Part shown: piece after piece, positions 12,656 through 25,722 of the stretch
Layout: every line of letters starts with the position of its first letter
Position numbering within the stretch: position 1 is the stretch's first letter
DNA from: Octopus sinensis
Lineage: Eukaryota
Direction: 5' to 3'
Length of the DNA: 64,000 nt
NCBI RefSeq assembly: GCF_006345805.1
Contig: NC_043021.1
Coordinates: forward strand, 10,602,001-10,666,000
Translations under genes and position numbers: made by a program
Notes under the pieces: model-generated
The model's input: only the letters and a program-made list of their open reading frames with translations
What the model was told of the DNA's origin: nothing
The model's database searches: none

Positions 12656-13786
12656 AATATATATATATATACATACACACATACATGTGTAATACTCGTC
12701 TGAATTTATTTCCTTGTCATTTCAAGTGAAACAAGACATTTCATTTAATATTTCTTTTCTTTTTAACAAACTTTTATAACGAACTATCCAACCAACAATT
12801 CTTCTTTTTACCATTTTTACAATTTTGTCTTCTTCGTACCAAAAGGAGATATGTAACAATTTCTAGCACCATTCTCTCCTTCTCATTGATATTTACTACT
12901 AAGCTGAAACTCTTTACAATACTAACTCTGTTAACCACTTGAAACACAATGGTAACGATGTTGATGATCTTGTTTAATTTTTCTCCTTTACTAATCTCTC
13001 AAAGTCGCAAAGGAAGATCTTAGGTTTTGATTGCTTTTGTTTTAAAGATTATTCCATCGTCTCCTAATCTATTGCCTTCTTTTGGGTGTATTTATCTTCT
13101 TTTCTTTTTAAATGCTTATTTAACTGTGAACTTCTTGCCTGCTTTATTAAAAACTGCTTCCAGATATTTAAACAGTTCTTCTGAATGTTTGATCTGTCTT
13201 AGCATGCTTCGAATGACTGGCTCTACACAAGTTTAGTACTGCCGTAGCTCTAGAGGTGGAAGGGATAAAAGAAAAAGAAAGAACTCAGCTGTACGCTGTT
13301 ATCTTTGTAGTGTATGATAGTTTACAGCAATAATAATAATAATAATACTCTGTCCATACATTGAAAGTTCTGTAGTCAATGTATTTTCAAGTAGTCTCTC
13401 TCTCTAGAACACTGCTAATTTTCGGTTGTTCTAGTTCCAACTTCTTAATTTGTAGATCTTTAAAAAAATTGGTATCTTTTTACAGACTTTCAAAATAACC
13501 AAAAAAGTAAGTTGATGCCTATTTTTACCAATCAAGTCTTCCATTTCCTTTCTTTTTTTTTTTTTTTTTTTTCAAAAATCTCACTCAACTTTTTTTTTTC
13601 TTAATTTCGTTTTCTTTTTTTTAATTATTTCTTAGTTAGTAAATAATATTTTTTTTAATTTCAATTTATCCACTCATTTGTTAATCTTTTAACTCTTGGC
13701 TCATTCGCTATGGTTACTTCATATCTTCATTACTCAACTATTCTCAGCTATAACCATGGATTAATCACTCACACACACACACACAC

Positions 13787-13858
<72 letters not shown>

Positions 13859-13869
13859 TATATATATAA

Positions 13870-14100
13870 GGTGGTGAGCTGGCAGAAACGTTAGCACGCC
13901 GGGCGAAATGCTTAGCGGTATTTCGTCTGCCGCTACGTTCTAAGTTCAAATTCCACCGAGGTTGACTTTGCCTTTCATCCTTTCGGGGTCGATTAAATAA
14001 GCACCAGTTATGCACTGGGGTCGATATAATCGACTTAATCCATTTGTCTGTCCTTGTTTGTCCTCTCTGTGTTTAGCCCCTTGTGGGTAGTAAAGAAATA
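13870..14100 (+). mobile_element. tRNA-derived SINE family B
   Basis: ggtggtgagctggcagaaacgttagc...gttcaaattcc (B box)...gcctttcatcctttcggggtcgat (resembles the Meta/MESC SINE core as recalled)...aaagaaata tail. Copies at ~6640-7090(-), 8570-8780(-), 18230-18435(-), 35145-35340, 56760-56975(-), 63310-63530(-). Confidence 0.9.
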
Positions 14101-14654
14101 TATACACACACACACACACACATATTCATAATACATAGATCGCATCAACAAATTCATCTTTATATTTTTTTCTTTTTTTAAGTAGTTCTTGTTAGTTTTC
14201 TCTCTGGATTATTTTGTATCTTGCTTTTTTTTTTTTTTTCTTCAACCTTTTTGCCTGCTAGTTCTTTGGTTGAGACAGTCATCACTTTTGATTTGACAGC
14301 TTCATAATCTGGCAGAAATAAATAGGTGGGGAGGGGAAAGGGGGGAAACCGAAACAAAGAAAAAAACCCCAAAACATATGGAAAGAATAAAAAAAACTAT
14401 GTCTTTCCCCCTCCTGAGCCATGAACCGAACTTTAAATGCGGATTTTGATCAGGGATTTTTAGTTACCGGTTTTGTTTTTGCCAGAAATGAAACTCAAAC
14501 CAATCCAAAAAATCCAGTCTTTGGTCTCATACAAAAATTGCTAATGATAATAATAATAATAATAACAACAATGATAATTTCTTTCTTATTTTTGCTGCTT
14601 TTTCATTTCTAATTGTAGACATTTCATTGACACACATGCCTACACAGACATTGG

Positions 14655-14718
<64 letters not shown>

Positions 14719-15086
14719 TTATTAATGTCTGACCTGAAGCTATTTTTTCACTGTGACTCTCCTCAATTTCAACCACTCACCCCCTTCTACTTCTGTGTTC
14801 CCCCTCCTTCTTTCTTACAGTTAACAATAACACTGATCATGGTGGCGCTGATGATGGTGTTAATGGTGGTGGTGGTGGTGGTGGTGGTATTAATGGTGGT
14901 GGTGGTGATGGTATTAATGGTGGTGGTGGTGATGGTATTAATGGTGGTGGTGGTGGTCGCTGTGACATTTTAATAATTGAATTCATTTGCAGTCAGATAT
15001 ACTTAAAGCTACATGCTCTGCAAGTTCACACTGCCATTTTCTAGTTCGCCTAACAACGGTATTGATTCTCCTCTCTGATTCTTCTT

Positions 15087-15117
<31 letters not shown>

Positions 15118-15407
15118 ACAAATACACACACGCACATACACACACACACACACACATATTTTAAACTTCAACTGACCTTCTCTCCACCATCACTCAGTCA
15201 GGGTCACCAAGTTTGACCTATCCCAAAGGCAAAGTTTAAGTTAATGCTAACATGTTTAATACAGGGAAATATTAAAAGAAAAAACATCATTTAACTAGAA
15301 TTAATCTATTAGGAGGTGAGACAGCAAAAACAGTCAAGGACCAAATTACCCTTCTAACGGGAGGTAACTCTGGAGATCTTTCGTCACACATCCTGTGACC
15401 TCTTCAG

Positions 15408-15492
15408 CGACTTTCTGGACAAAACAGGAGACACATGGGATGGAGAGTCACTGAAGAGGTCACCAGAGGTGTAACGAAAGATTTCCAAACAG
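15408..15492 (+). CDS. Candidate coding exon (RLSGQNRRHMGWRVTEEVTRGVTKDFQT); 3' end uncertain
   Basis: Acceptor cctgtgacctcttcag, phase 0 start. Two possible phase-1 donors (after 15468 and after 15492). The frame also stays open to a TGA near 15560 (...RETLETFWTYYDLISRKYKRM*). Confidence 0.5.
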
Positions 15493-16844
15493 GTCGTGAA
15501 ACTCTGGAGACGTTTTGGACTTATTATGACCTCATCAGTCGAAAGTATAAAAGGATGTGATCTTGATATAAGCTTACAATTGTTCAACATTGTTATTCCA
15601 CTCTTCTTTCCACGGTATTGAGTACTCTCACATCAGTTAATTCTCCTTTAACATCACTGTAATCGGTAGCCCTTTAGCATTGAGATTACCATGTTAAAAT
15701 GTAATGCTTATTTATTCACCTTGTTTTGAATTAATCTTGCATTATCTTGTAGGTTTGAGATTTCAACAATGTGATTATCTTTTATATCTTTTACCTGTTT
15801 CAGTCATTAGACTGCGGCCAAGCTGGGGCCTCAAAGAATTATTAATGAAATCAATTGACTCTCAGTATTTTTTTTTCTTCTTTTTTTAAAGCCTGGTACT
15901 TATTATGTTAGTCTCTTTTGCTGAACAGCTAAGCTACGGGGATGAAAACGTAACAGTTTGTCAAGCTGCGGTAAGGGAGGGGGACAGACATACACAAAGA
16001 CACACACAGATACATACATGCAGGCTTCTTTCAGTTTCCATCTACCAAATCCACTCACAAGGCTTTGTTTGGCATGAGGCTCTAGAATATACTTTCCCAA
16101 GGTGGCATGCAGTGGAACTGAGCCAGGAATCATGTGGTTGGGAAGCAAGCTTCTTACCACACAACCATGCCTGCACCTGGCGTGGCTAGTTGGACATTGT
16201 AGGCTAAGTGTGAAAGGCAGGATCTGACTGGTTTTAGCATAAAACTGCTAGGATGTTTGAGCTGGTTATGCCTTGTTTAATTCTTCAGCATTTAAACTGG
16301 CCACATCCGGCTGAAGCATTTTACCTGTTTTCATGTTCATACCAGCTAGATCCAGCCTCTCATACCTAGCCTACAATGTCATTCTAAGAATATACAGTAG
16401 CATCATCGAGATCTCAAAGCTATTTGATAATGCATAACTAATTCGAAATAATGTGAATAAGTATGTATTACATTTGACAGAGTAATCCGAATGTTGAAGT
16501 GTTAAACCGGACCCTTGTTGGCTTGGCAGCAGGATAGATGCTGAAATGACCACAGCGAAGCCATGTGTTTACTAGTGATGGGAGCAGCTTCAAAATATGC
16601 TAACAGGCTGGCCTCTTGATCCTGCTCCTTCTGTACAGATGAATACAAGTTGGTCCTAACATCAAACCGTCCAGCATGGGCTCTTTTGTTACCACTGTGG
16701 AGTATTTATTGTTGTCTTGGCTTCATTTGTTTCTCTTGGTTTAGGACTGAGTTTAGGATGGACTGACTTTTACCCTTTACGTTCTTCCTGTCTCTTTCTC
16801 TCTTTCACTGCTGCTGTTACTTTTCTGCTAACCACTTGAGATTC

Positions 16845-17162
16845 AACGTAAAGTGTACTAGCCACTGGGGGTGGGTGTTACTGACGCTTTTAGCTCCAGG
16901 AGATCAACGTCTCCAGCTGGCCTTAGACACAATTTCTGTGCCCTTATGATATTTGCAAAGGGAGGTCATCCTCCCTCGAAAACCTAAGTGATACATACAA
17001 ACTATAGTTTCAAGGTTTTTGCCTCTCGTCAACGTATGGTAAACACCGGTTTTCGATGTGTCTAAGGCCAGCTGGAGACGTCGATCTCCTGGGGCTAAAA
17101 GCGTCAGTAACACCCACCCCCAGTGGCTAGCCACATTCAGATGGCTAGTACATTTTACGTTG
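16845..17162. repeat. Inverted repeat, ~75-85-bp GC-rich arms, ~125-nt spacer
   Basis: ctagccactgggggtgggtgttactgacgc...ccttagacaca and its reverse complement at 17057-17130; outer caacgtaaagtgtactagcc / ggctagtacattttacgttg. Confidence 0.9.
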
Positions 17163-17504
17163 TCGAGCGGTTACTGTTTACATCTCGATCGGAGATTTAT
17201 TAATACTTGAGATTCAGCTTTTCTGAAATTTATTGTTTGTAAGCTTAGAGGCATGTCAGTGGTGTGGGCTTCCAGTTACCAGCTTTCCTTAACATTTTAA
17301 GCCACAGCTTTTATATTATATATATATATATCTGTCTCTCGATTGATTGATTGTCGATTCAACTGAAACTGCTAGGCACAGGTACACACATGAAATCTGC
17401 AGAACAGTTGACACATACATTTATGTGTAAGCCTGAAGGTGGCGGGCTTCTCTTGGAGACCCACAAAACTTTAAGTTGCTCAGAGCCAAATAAGACTGAT
17501 TTTA

Positions 17505-17540
<36 letters not shown>

Positions 17541-19022
17541 TGATAATTGTGGCCATGCTGGGGCACTGCCTTGAAGTGTTTGATTGAACAAATCAACTCC
17601 AGTACTCATCTTTTTTTTTTTTTTTTTTTTTTTTATTCTTAAACCAGATACTTTTTCTCTTGATTTCATTTACTGAAGTGCTAATTTATGGGGATGTAAA
17701 CAAACCAACACCAGTTTGTAGAATGGTAGCAGTGGTGAGCAAACACAAATACACACACAACTAAATCTGGAATGATGTGGTTGCAAAGCACACTTTTTAC
17801 CATACAGCCATGCCTGTGCACACATAATGTATATATTATGTGTGTAGTGTGTATGTGTATATATATATGTATGTATGTGTATATGTGCATGTATGTATGT
17901 ATAGTCATCATTTAATGTCTGCTTTCCCTGCTGGCATGGGTTGGACAGTTTGACCAAAGTTGGCAAGCAGGAGAGCTGCACCAGGTTCCAGGCTGATTTG
18001 GCACGGTTTCTACAGCTGGATGCACTGGTGGCTATTTACATGGCGCCAGGATGGGTGCTTTTTATGTGGCCCCAGCACAGGGCTCTTGCAGGCCAATCCT
18101 CTTCAGCAAGAGGTGCAGCATTAACAATTCTGCTGGTAACCCAGAAAAACATGGAATCTCTTCTTGGGTTTACCTTTTCCACGAGCATGTTTGTATGTAT
18201 GTAAAAATTACACAAAACGGAGAGAGCAAATAATCCTTTTGGCCTGAGGTTTTGTGAGAGGGGGTTAGTCGATTACATCAACCCCAAAATTTTACTGGCA
18301 CTTAATTTATCGACCCCGAAAGGATGAAAGGCAAAGTCAACTTCAACAGAATTTGAACTCAGAACATAGCGATGGGTGAAATACCATTAAGCATTTCATC
18401 CTGCGTGCTAACAACTCTGCCAGCTTGCTGCCTTTGAGAGGGAGGGAGGGAGGGAGAGAGATAGAGAGAGAGAGAGAGAGCAAATAATGATGGTAGTTTG
18501 GTGTGTGAAATTAAGTACAAGTGTACCCAATATCGTGAAAGACAGCATGGAATAATTTCTATGTCTTCCCAGATTTGCTACTCTGGGGTTTTAGAGTTTT
18601 ATATTGCATCTGTCATCAACTGGAAATTGTAGCAATGCAGAACTCAGACTGGTGATTTATAAACCGAAGACATTGAATGATAAAAATTATACATACACAG
18701 TCATGCACATATACACACATGCTCATTTACACACATACACACACACACACACACACACTTGGCGTTCTGAAATAATGCTTTTGCAGATATAAAGTGGACA
18801 GTGTTGAAATGAATTTCATGTTCAATTAATCAGATGTTTAATGTGTGTGTGTGTGTGTGGGGGGGTGTCTCAGTGTCTGGTGGTGATGTCTATGTGCACC
18901 TATGTAACATTCATAAATGATATTTTGTTTATCATTTGTAATATATATATATATATATATATATATGATATATATGTGTTAGGAGTGAGAAACAAGTCAC
19001 ATCTTTAACGTGTGTGTGTATA

Positions 19023-19055
<33 letters not shown>

Positions 19056-19140
19056 GATAATAATGATATGAGGGAATATTATTCCAAACTTACAGGGAAA
19101 AATTCAATTTAGAAATACTAAATCAAATTTCACAAAATAT

Positions 19141-19204
<64 letters not shown>

Positions 19205-19299
19205 TAGAAAAAGAAACATCTTTTATCAATTCAATAATGAAAAATTATGGTATAATTTAATTTTTCATTATTGAATTGATAAAAGGTAGTTTTTTTCTA

Positions 19300-19330
<31 letters not shown>

Positions 19331-19624
19331 TGGTATGACATAAAAAAGTATTGGTGTGGGTGTTGGTGCCACATAAAAAGCACCACAGTACACTCTGTAA
19401 AGTGGTTGGCATTAGGAAGGGCATCCAGCTGTAGAAACCATGCTAAGACAGACAATGGAACCCTGTGTGGCCCCTGGCCTTGCCAGTTCCTGTTAAGCCA
19501 TCCAACCCATGCCAGCAAAGAAAATGGACGTTAAATGTTGATGATGATGATGATGATATAAAAAAAGAAAAGAGAAGTAAAAACCTAAAAAAAAAAAGAT
19601 ATATATAGTTAGGTATAGATGTGT

Positions 19625-19885
19625 GTGTAATTAGAATGTCAAAGGGAAGAATCACAAGATGGATTCTTCAAGCTGACCCAAGTGGTAGGAGACCTAAGGT
19701 TAGACCAAGAACAAGATGGTTGGATAATATCCATAGTCGCAGTTGGTCATGCCTGGGAATCCAACCAGAAAGTCTAATAATCGTTGCTTGCGACAGGGAC
19801 CTCACTGGAAGAAGTGTCCAAGGACTCTACTTTCATAACCCTCCTCTCAGGATAGTGCGTAGCAAAGATGGATGGATGGAAGCTG
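19625..19885 (+). mobile_element. LINE (RTE-like) ORF C-terminal fragment
   Basis: RITRWILQADPSGRRPKVRPRTRWLDNI resembles the GxRxRGRPxxRWxD motif; short (GATG)n tail. Confidence 0.75.
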
Positions 19886-21633
19886 TGTGAGGAACTTCAT
19901 GTCAGAGGGTTCACATTTTGTAGCATGTGAAAAAACATTCAAGCGAGGTCGTTGCCAGTGCCGCTGGATTGGCTCCTGTGCAGGTGGCATGTAAAAAGCA
20001 CCATTTGAGCATGGCCGTTGCCAGTACCTCCTGAGTGGCCCTCGTGCTGGTGGCACATAAAAGCACCCGCTACACTCTCAGAGTGGTTGGCATTAGGAAG
20101 GGCATCCAGCTGTAGAAACTCTGCCAGATCAGACTGAAGCCTGGTGCAGCCATGTGGTTTGCCAGTCCTCAGTCAAATCGTCCAACCCATGCTAGCATGG
20201 AAAGTGGACGTTAAATGATGATGATGATGATAAAAAACAATGTAATTTATTGACCATTTTAACTTCAGAGTAGTCCATTCTGCCACAATATTTCAGGCCA
20301 GGACTTTGGTTTGAGAATAACTCCCTTCCATTCTTCAACCATGTTTGGAGGCCCTGGAAAATGTGAAAGTGGTCATTGATGTGGCTTCTCTCTCTTTGAC
20401 TGAACCATAAAAAAAAAGGTGGAGGTGGGGGATAACTTGCTCTATATGATTGAATATAGTGAATGTATATGTATTGAATTATCAGATAAATTCTTTTTTT
20501 TTTTAACCTACTTGGCACTCCAGTATTCTGTATAAGGAAAGAGGTACAATTTATTCAAAGTTTGAAAAGGATAAAACAAAAGTCGTTAAAGAATAGAGCT
20601 ACAAAAAAAAAAAAAACAAAAAAAAACATACACACATGCACTATTGAAATGGCATTGAGAAAGATTAAAATAAAATGCAAAGAAAACAAACATGAAAAGA
20701 AAAAATCAGATTTATCTGGCAACTGAAGCTGTAAAATCTTTATTGAGAAAATATCTGTAGATTCTCCTTCACTAAAGAATCATTAGAAAAACAATGGATT
20801 GTTGAAGCAGGGAAGTGGTCAATAAGAAGTCTACAAACCTGTTAGTGGAGCTAACTCTAGAGAACGTTGCAGAAATAGGCTTAACACAGTACATGATACT
20901 GAAGCACTGACCAGTATAAATAGATACACCCTGCATAAAGTGTATTATGTAAAACAACTGCACTCTGGCTGTAGAACTGTTGAACATGTTAATGGGTGAC
21001 TCATTTAATTTATTCCAGTAGGAGCAGATCGACAACAGAATTTACTTAAAACAGGAAGAGTCGTTAACACTGTACTGGATCACACGGAAAGAAATAATTT
21101 TCAAGTTTTATTTCTGTTTTATTGACTATCACAGTCTACAGGGGTGTTTTTTTTTTGTTGCATTATATGTGTATTCATCATCATCATCATCGTCCAGTGT
21201 TTTAAATCTGGGTTTTGTCCCCGTTAACAGGGGTGGCCAGATCTACCTCAATGCCATAGCAACTGAGTCAGGCAGGTGCAGCTCACCCCAACCTTCGGGT
21301 TGGCTGGCTGGCTGGCTGGTACTCATTCTCCTTTGCTAACATGAGGCTTTTTTGGGGGCTGGATTTTCTATGCTTACCCCCAACCTCTGTTTCTAGACAT
21401 GAGAAGTCCCGAGACCAAGACCTCTACCATAATTTTTAAGAAATGTAGTGGAAAGCTAGCTTAGGAAGGCAGGGATGCTACTCCCTGAGACTCCTTTCGG
21501 AGCCCTCTACCTATGTTATATGTATGTAATATATATGTATTAGGTTTGTATTAATTAAATGATATATAGTGTGTGTGTATATAATTATATATTAACCCTT
21601 TTGTGAGCAGAGGAGTTTACTGCTCCCTTTTTT

Positions 21634-21705
21634 AAATAAGCAACAAGGATATCCAAGGTAGTGTAGTAGGTACTACACCACCTTAGATATCCTTGTTGCT
21701 TATTT
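21634..21705. repeat. Near-perfect 72-bp palindrome
   Basis: 35-bp arms with 2 mismatches and a 2-nt centre. Confidence 0.9.
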
Positions 21706-21711
21706 TGATTT

Positions 21712-21745
<34 letters not shown>

Positions 21746-21753
21746 TACACACA

Positions 21754-21797
<44 letters not shown>

Positions 21798-21858
21798 TAC
21801 ACACAATTGTATTTCCATGCATTAGTCTCTCTCTCTTTCTCTCTCCTCATATTTACAT

Positions 21859-21895
<37 letters not shown>

Positions 21896-22092
21896 TATAT
21901 AGTGTTTGATAAGTATCAAGATAGTGAAAAGTGTGAATGAGTCAGTCAGTCAGTAAGTGTGAATAGTCAAGTGATGGTTGTTTCTCGCCCAGACAAGAAC
22001 GAACAATCTGTGCCTGAGTCAGAGCTATGAAAGACATCAGTACGCAACACACTGCATGGCACCATTCACCCATCCACACTCGTATATATTTC

Positions 22093-22539
22093 TTAACCCT
22101 TTGGCGTTCAGATTACTCCATGAAATGTGATGCTAATGTATCCATGTTATTTTCCATTAATCATGCGTTATCTTGTACCTTAAAAATTTTGATAATGTGA
22201 TTGGTTATCATTAGATTGACATTGTAGGGTAGGTGTGAGAGGCCTGATCTGGCTGGTTTTAACATAAGACAGATATAATATTTTAGCTAGATATGGTTTA
22301 ACCCTTTAGTATTTAAACCGGCCATATCCGGCCAAAAGTATTCTGCCTGTTTTATGTGCAAACTGGCCAGATCTGGTCTCTCACACCAACCCTACAATAT
22401 CGTTTTAGAAATTAACAGCTTCCTCGTCAAAATCTCATCGCTACAAGATAATGCATGATTAGTTCAAAACAATGGATGGAAAAGCATAAATTTTGGCAGA
22501 ATAATGTGAACACTAAAGGGTTAAATGCTAAAGTGTTAA
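22093..22539. mobile_element. piggyBac-like MITE with a second, inverted relative nested in its terminal TTAA
   Basis: TTAA-CCCTTT...AAAGGG-TTAA termini; inner element 22298-22524. Family copies at ~2352-2578(-), 3950-4502, 15670-16505, 41613-42050, 48930-49120. Confidence 0.8.
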
Positions 22540-23503
22540 ATTTTTTTACAAGGAAAATGTCTACAAAAATATGAAAATATTCTACTAGAAATATATTATA
22601 ATCCTGAATTTTTAAATTTTTTTTAAAGTAAAATAACTTGATATCAAAACAAGCATTTCCTTGTCTCTGAATGTACAGAACATGCTATATATAATTGGGC
22701 ATCATATATTTCAATCAACATTGCTTTGTGTACCTGTAGTTAATTAATTCCAGCTTGACTAAGCTTTGCGCACAACAGCAAATATATTATTTGTTGTTTG
22801 AAGATATGAACTGCTATTTTTTAGTGGGTTATGAAGAATGGATATGGGGACCATAGGTGATCAAATGGAACAACACAGAAACATGTGTGTTCTTTGGTCC
22901 AGTGGTGTCATTCATTGCTCAGGGATGTGCTTTCACAAACATTAACTATAAGGAGGACATTCTTCAGCGACAATTCCCATAGCAAAGGTCTTTTTATGTC
23001 TGATTGTACATGAATGTGTTAAATATAATTGCATACATACATATCTCAATCAACTCCACTTCATGTACTTCTAACCAATTGATACTCACACACACTGGAA
23101 ATAAGGAGTCAAAAAACCAAACAGTACTCACAGTAAACTATCCACAGGGCATTTAGCTATCAAGGAAACAGTTGTTGGACATAGGGCATAAATTAATAGC
23201 AGTGTAGCGTGTCCAATTATTAATCATATTCAAGAGAAGTAAAAGGTAAAAAATTATTCCACTTATTTACAGCTGTTCCGTAATTGTTTTCAGTTACGTC
23301 ATTGAAGCTAAAGTGTTTTTAGTCTCTACTATTTCCTATCTATATTATTTTATTGTTTAAACAATGTTTCTTCTGTTGGTATAGGGACATTTCCTTTTCT
23401 TTTTCTTTTTGTCCTTTTCAATACAGAAACAATTCAGGAACAGGCAGTGTTAGCTTCTGCTATTGCTTTTCTACCTATTGGCTTTGATTTATTTACTCTA
23501 TCA

Positions 23504-23880
23504 GTGGAGGCGCAATGGCCCAGTGGTTAGGGCAGTGGACTCGCAGTCTTAGGATCGTGGTTTCTATTCCCAGACCGGGTGTTGTGAGTGTTTATTGAGC
23601 GAAACCACCTAAAGCTCCACGAGGCTCCGGCAGGGGGTGGTGAACCCTTCTGTACTCTTTCGCCACAACTTTCTCTCACTCTTTCTTCCCGTTTCTGTTG
23701 TACCTGTATTTCAAAGGGGCCAGCCTTGTCACACTCTGTGTCACGCTGAATCTCCTCGAGAACTACATTAAGGGTACACGTGTCTGTGGAGTGCTCAGCC
23801 ACTTGCATGTTAATTTCCCGAGCAAGCTGTTCCATTGATCGGATTAACTGGAACCCTCGTCATCATAACCGACGGAGTGC
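23504..23880 (+). mobile_element. tRNA-derived SINE, head C + tail X
   Basis: gtggaggcgcaatggcccagtggttaggg...ggtttctattcccagaccggg. The same head is at 34182; tail X also occurs at 1-160, 26520-26700(-) and 42790-42940. Confidence 0.88.
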
Positions 23881-24113
23881 AAGTCATTTACTCTAGCAAA
23901 CACAAACAAACACCTGCACATCTGATAGACCCACAAGAAATCACACTGGGTCCTATGATATAAGCTGCCTTGTTTTAAAGTGATATAAATTTGAACCTTC
24001 CATAGAAATTTCCAAAACATTAACCTAGTAATGAGTTATTTCCAAATCGTTAAACTAGTAATGAGTTATTCTTCCATAATTAATTGCAGAGTGTCTTTTT
24101 AACAGATATATCT

Positions 24114-24452
24114 GAGACCCCCTTCAGTCATGACATTGACCATGGGATTGCACCTAGAAAGTTACCCTCCCAGGCACAAGTTTGGGCGAGGTTGTTTATG
24201 GAAGACCAGCAGTCGTCCATGCATACCGGCATCCCCGCTCCACGCCACCAGTGTTATCTGAGGGAAAGGCAAAGGTCGATATAGCTTGGCACCTGTGATG
24301 TCGCAACTCATTTCTACAGCTGAGTGAACTGGAGCAATGTGAACTAAAGTGTCTTGCTCAAGAAAACAACATGCAGCCCAGTTCGGGATTCGAACTCACA
24401 ACCTCACGATTGTAAGCTCGGCACTCTAACCACTGAGCCATGCGCCTTCACA
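24114..24452 (-). mobile_element. tRNA-derived SINE, head D + tail Z
   Basis: Head D followed by an unrelated tail ending tctaggtgcaatcccatggtca...tgactgaagggggtctc; the tail end also occurs at ~53807-53848. Confidence 0.85.
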
Positions 24453-25384
24453 TAACAGAAATATAGTAGCACAATTAACACACTCATACACACATGCGCA
24501 CCCGTGCACATATACACATGTATATGCACACATGCACTCCATTCTGAATGGTACCTGCAACACCAAACTGTGTACAATCTTCTCGGTCTGTCCCATCACT
24601 CACTAAAAAATACTCACAGCTCCACCATTATCACTACTGTTTAATTTTCATTTTATTTTTTTTTTTTAAATTCAATGTTGTTGTTATTGAGGAGTTTTTT
24701 TTTTATATTTGTTCCCTTGTACTCCCTTTTTTTGTATTTATTTTTGCTGCTGCTACTGTTGTTATTGTCTTTTTCCCCCCCACCAAAGTTACACAACACC
24801 TCAGGTAAAGACCAACCCCCCCTTAAGCTATGCTTTGTCTTTTCTTCAGCTTTTACCTAATAAAACATTTCTTTCTTTCTTTTATTCTTTCTTTCTAAAT
24901 CTTTTAATGTATGTTGATAGATGTTGTTATTGTTGTTGCATTCTTCTCCCCCACCCCCCTATCCCCCTGTCTCCTTCAACCCCCCAACCTTTTCTCTTAT
25001 TTTTCAATTCGCATCTTCACCGCTGCCACCGTTGTTGATTCCATTGTCGTCTTTGTTGTTGTTGTTGTCATGTCTTTTCTTTTCTTTCCCATGCACTGTA
25101 GAAGCAATTCCTTCTAAAAGCCTACTGATAGTTCATTTAACTAGTTTAATTAAGCAATTAAATTTTCACACTGATGGTTCCAAGCAACCATCAGTCAGTC
25201 CTATCTCTTCCTCTCATTTATTAAAAACACTGTTTTCCTCTTCCCACTTTCATTAAAAATTTTTCTTTTCTTTCTCTCCCTTTTTCACATTTCTTTATTC
25301 TTTCTATTTTCCTCTTATCTTCACCCTTCTACCCACATAATACTTAGATTTTTACCTTGGGTTTTGGAGGTGGGCCACCCAAAG

Positions 25385-25722
25385 CTGGTAGACGGACAAT
25401 TTATCGACAGACAATTGACTGACAGACAACTTACAGGCAGGACAATTGACCAATTGGACAATATATTGACATTTTTTAAAAACAAAGTAAGAATTATGAA
25501 AAGTTTTATTACACTTACAAACAAGAACAATTTATTTATAAAAAGATATTATGTACAACAAGTCTTTTCTTTTTTGGTTCTATTGATAATTAAGGCATAC
25601 CCTTTGTATAGAAGCTTTCTGCCTTCTTGTTTCATTTTGATGAACTCCATGAGTAATACTTCCACATGTCGACTTATTATCCAATCAGCCAATTTTTCAA
25701 TCGGCGAATTGTCTGCACATGC
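25385..25722. mobile_element. Degenerate MITE with ~15-bp subterminal repeats
   Basis: (g/a)gacaattgac-type units at the left end, inverted aattgtc-type units at the right end, AT-rich middle. Confidence 0.5.

Noticed and set aside
20761-21110. Coding-looking stretch after tctgtag
   Set aside because: Stops in the frames examined and no good donor; possibly an old TE relic.
23255-23310. Hammerhead-like remnant on the minus strand (CAATGA-CGTAA...TTACG-GAACAGCTGTA)
   Set aside because: Both core boxes are mutated; too degenerate to call.
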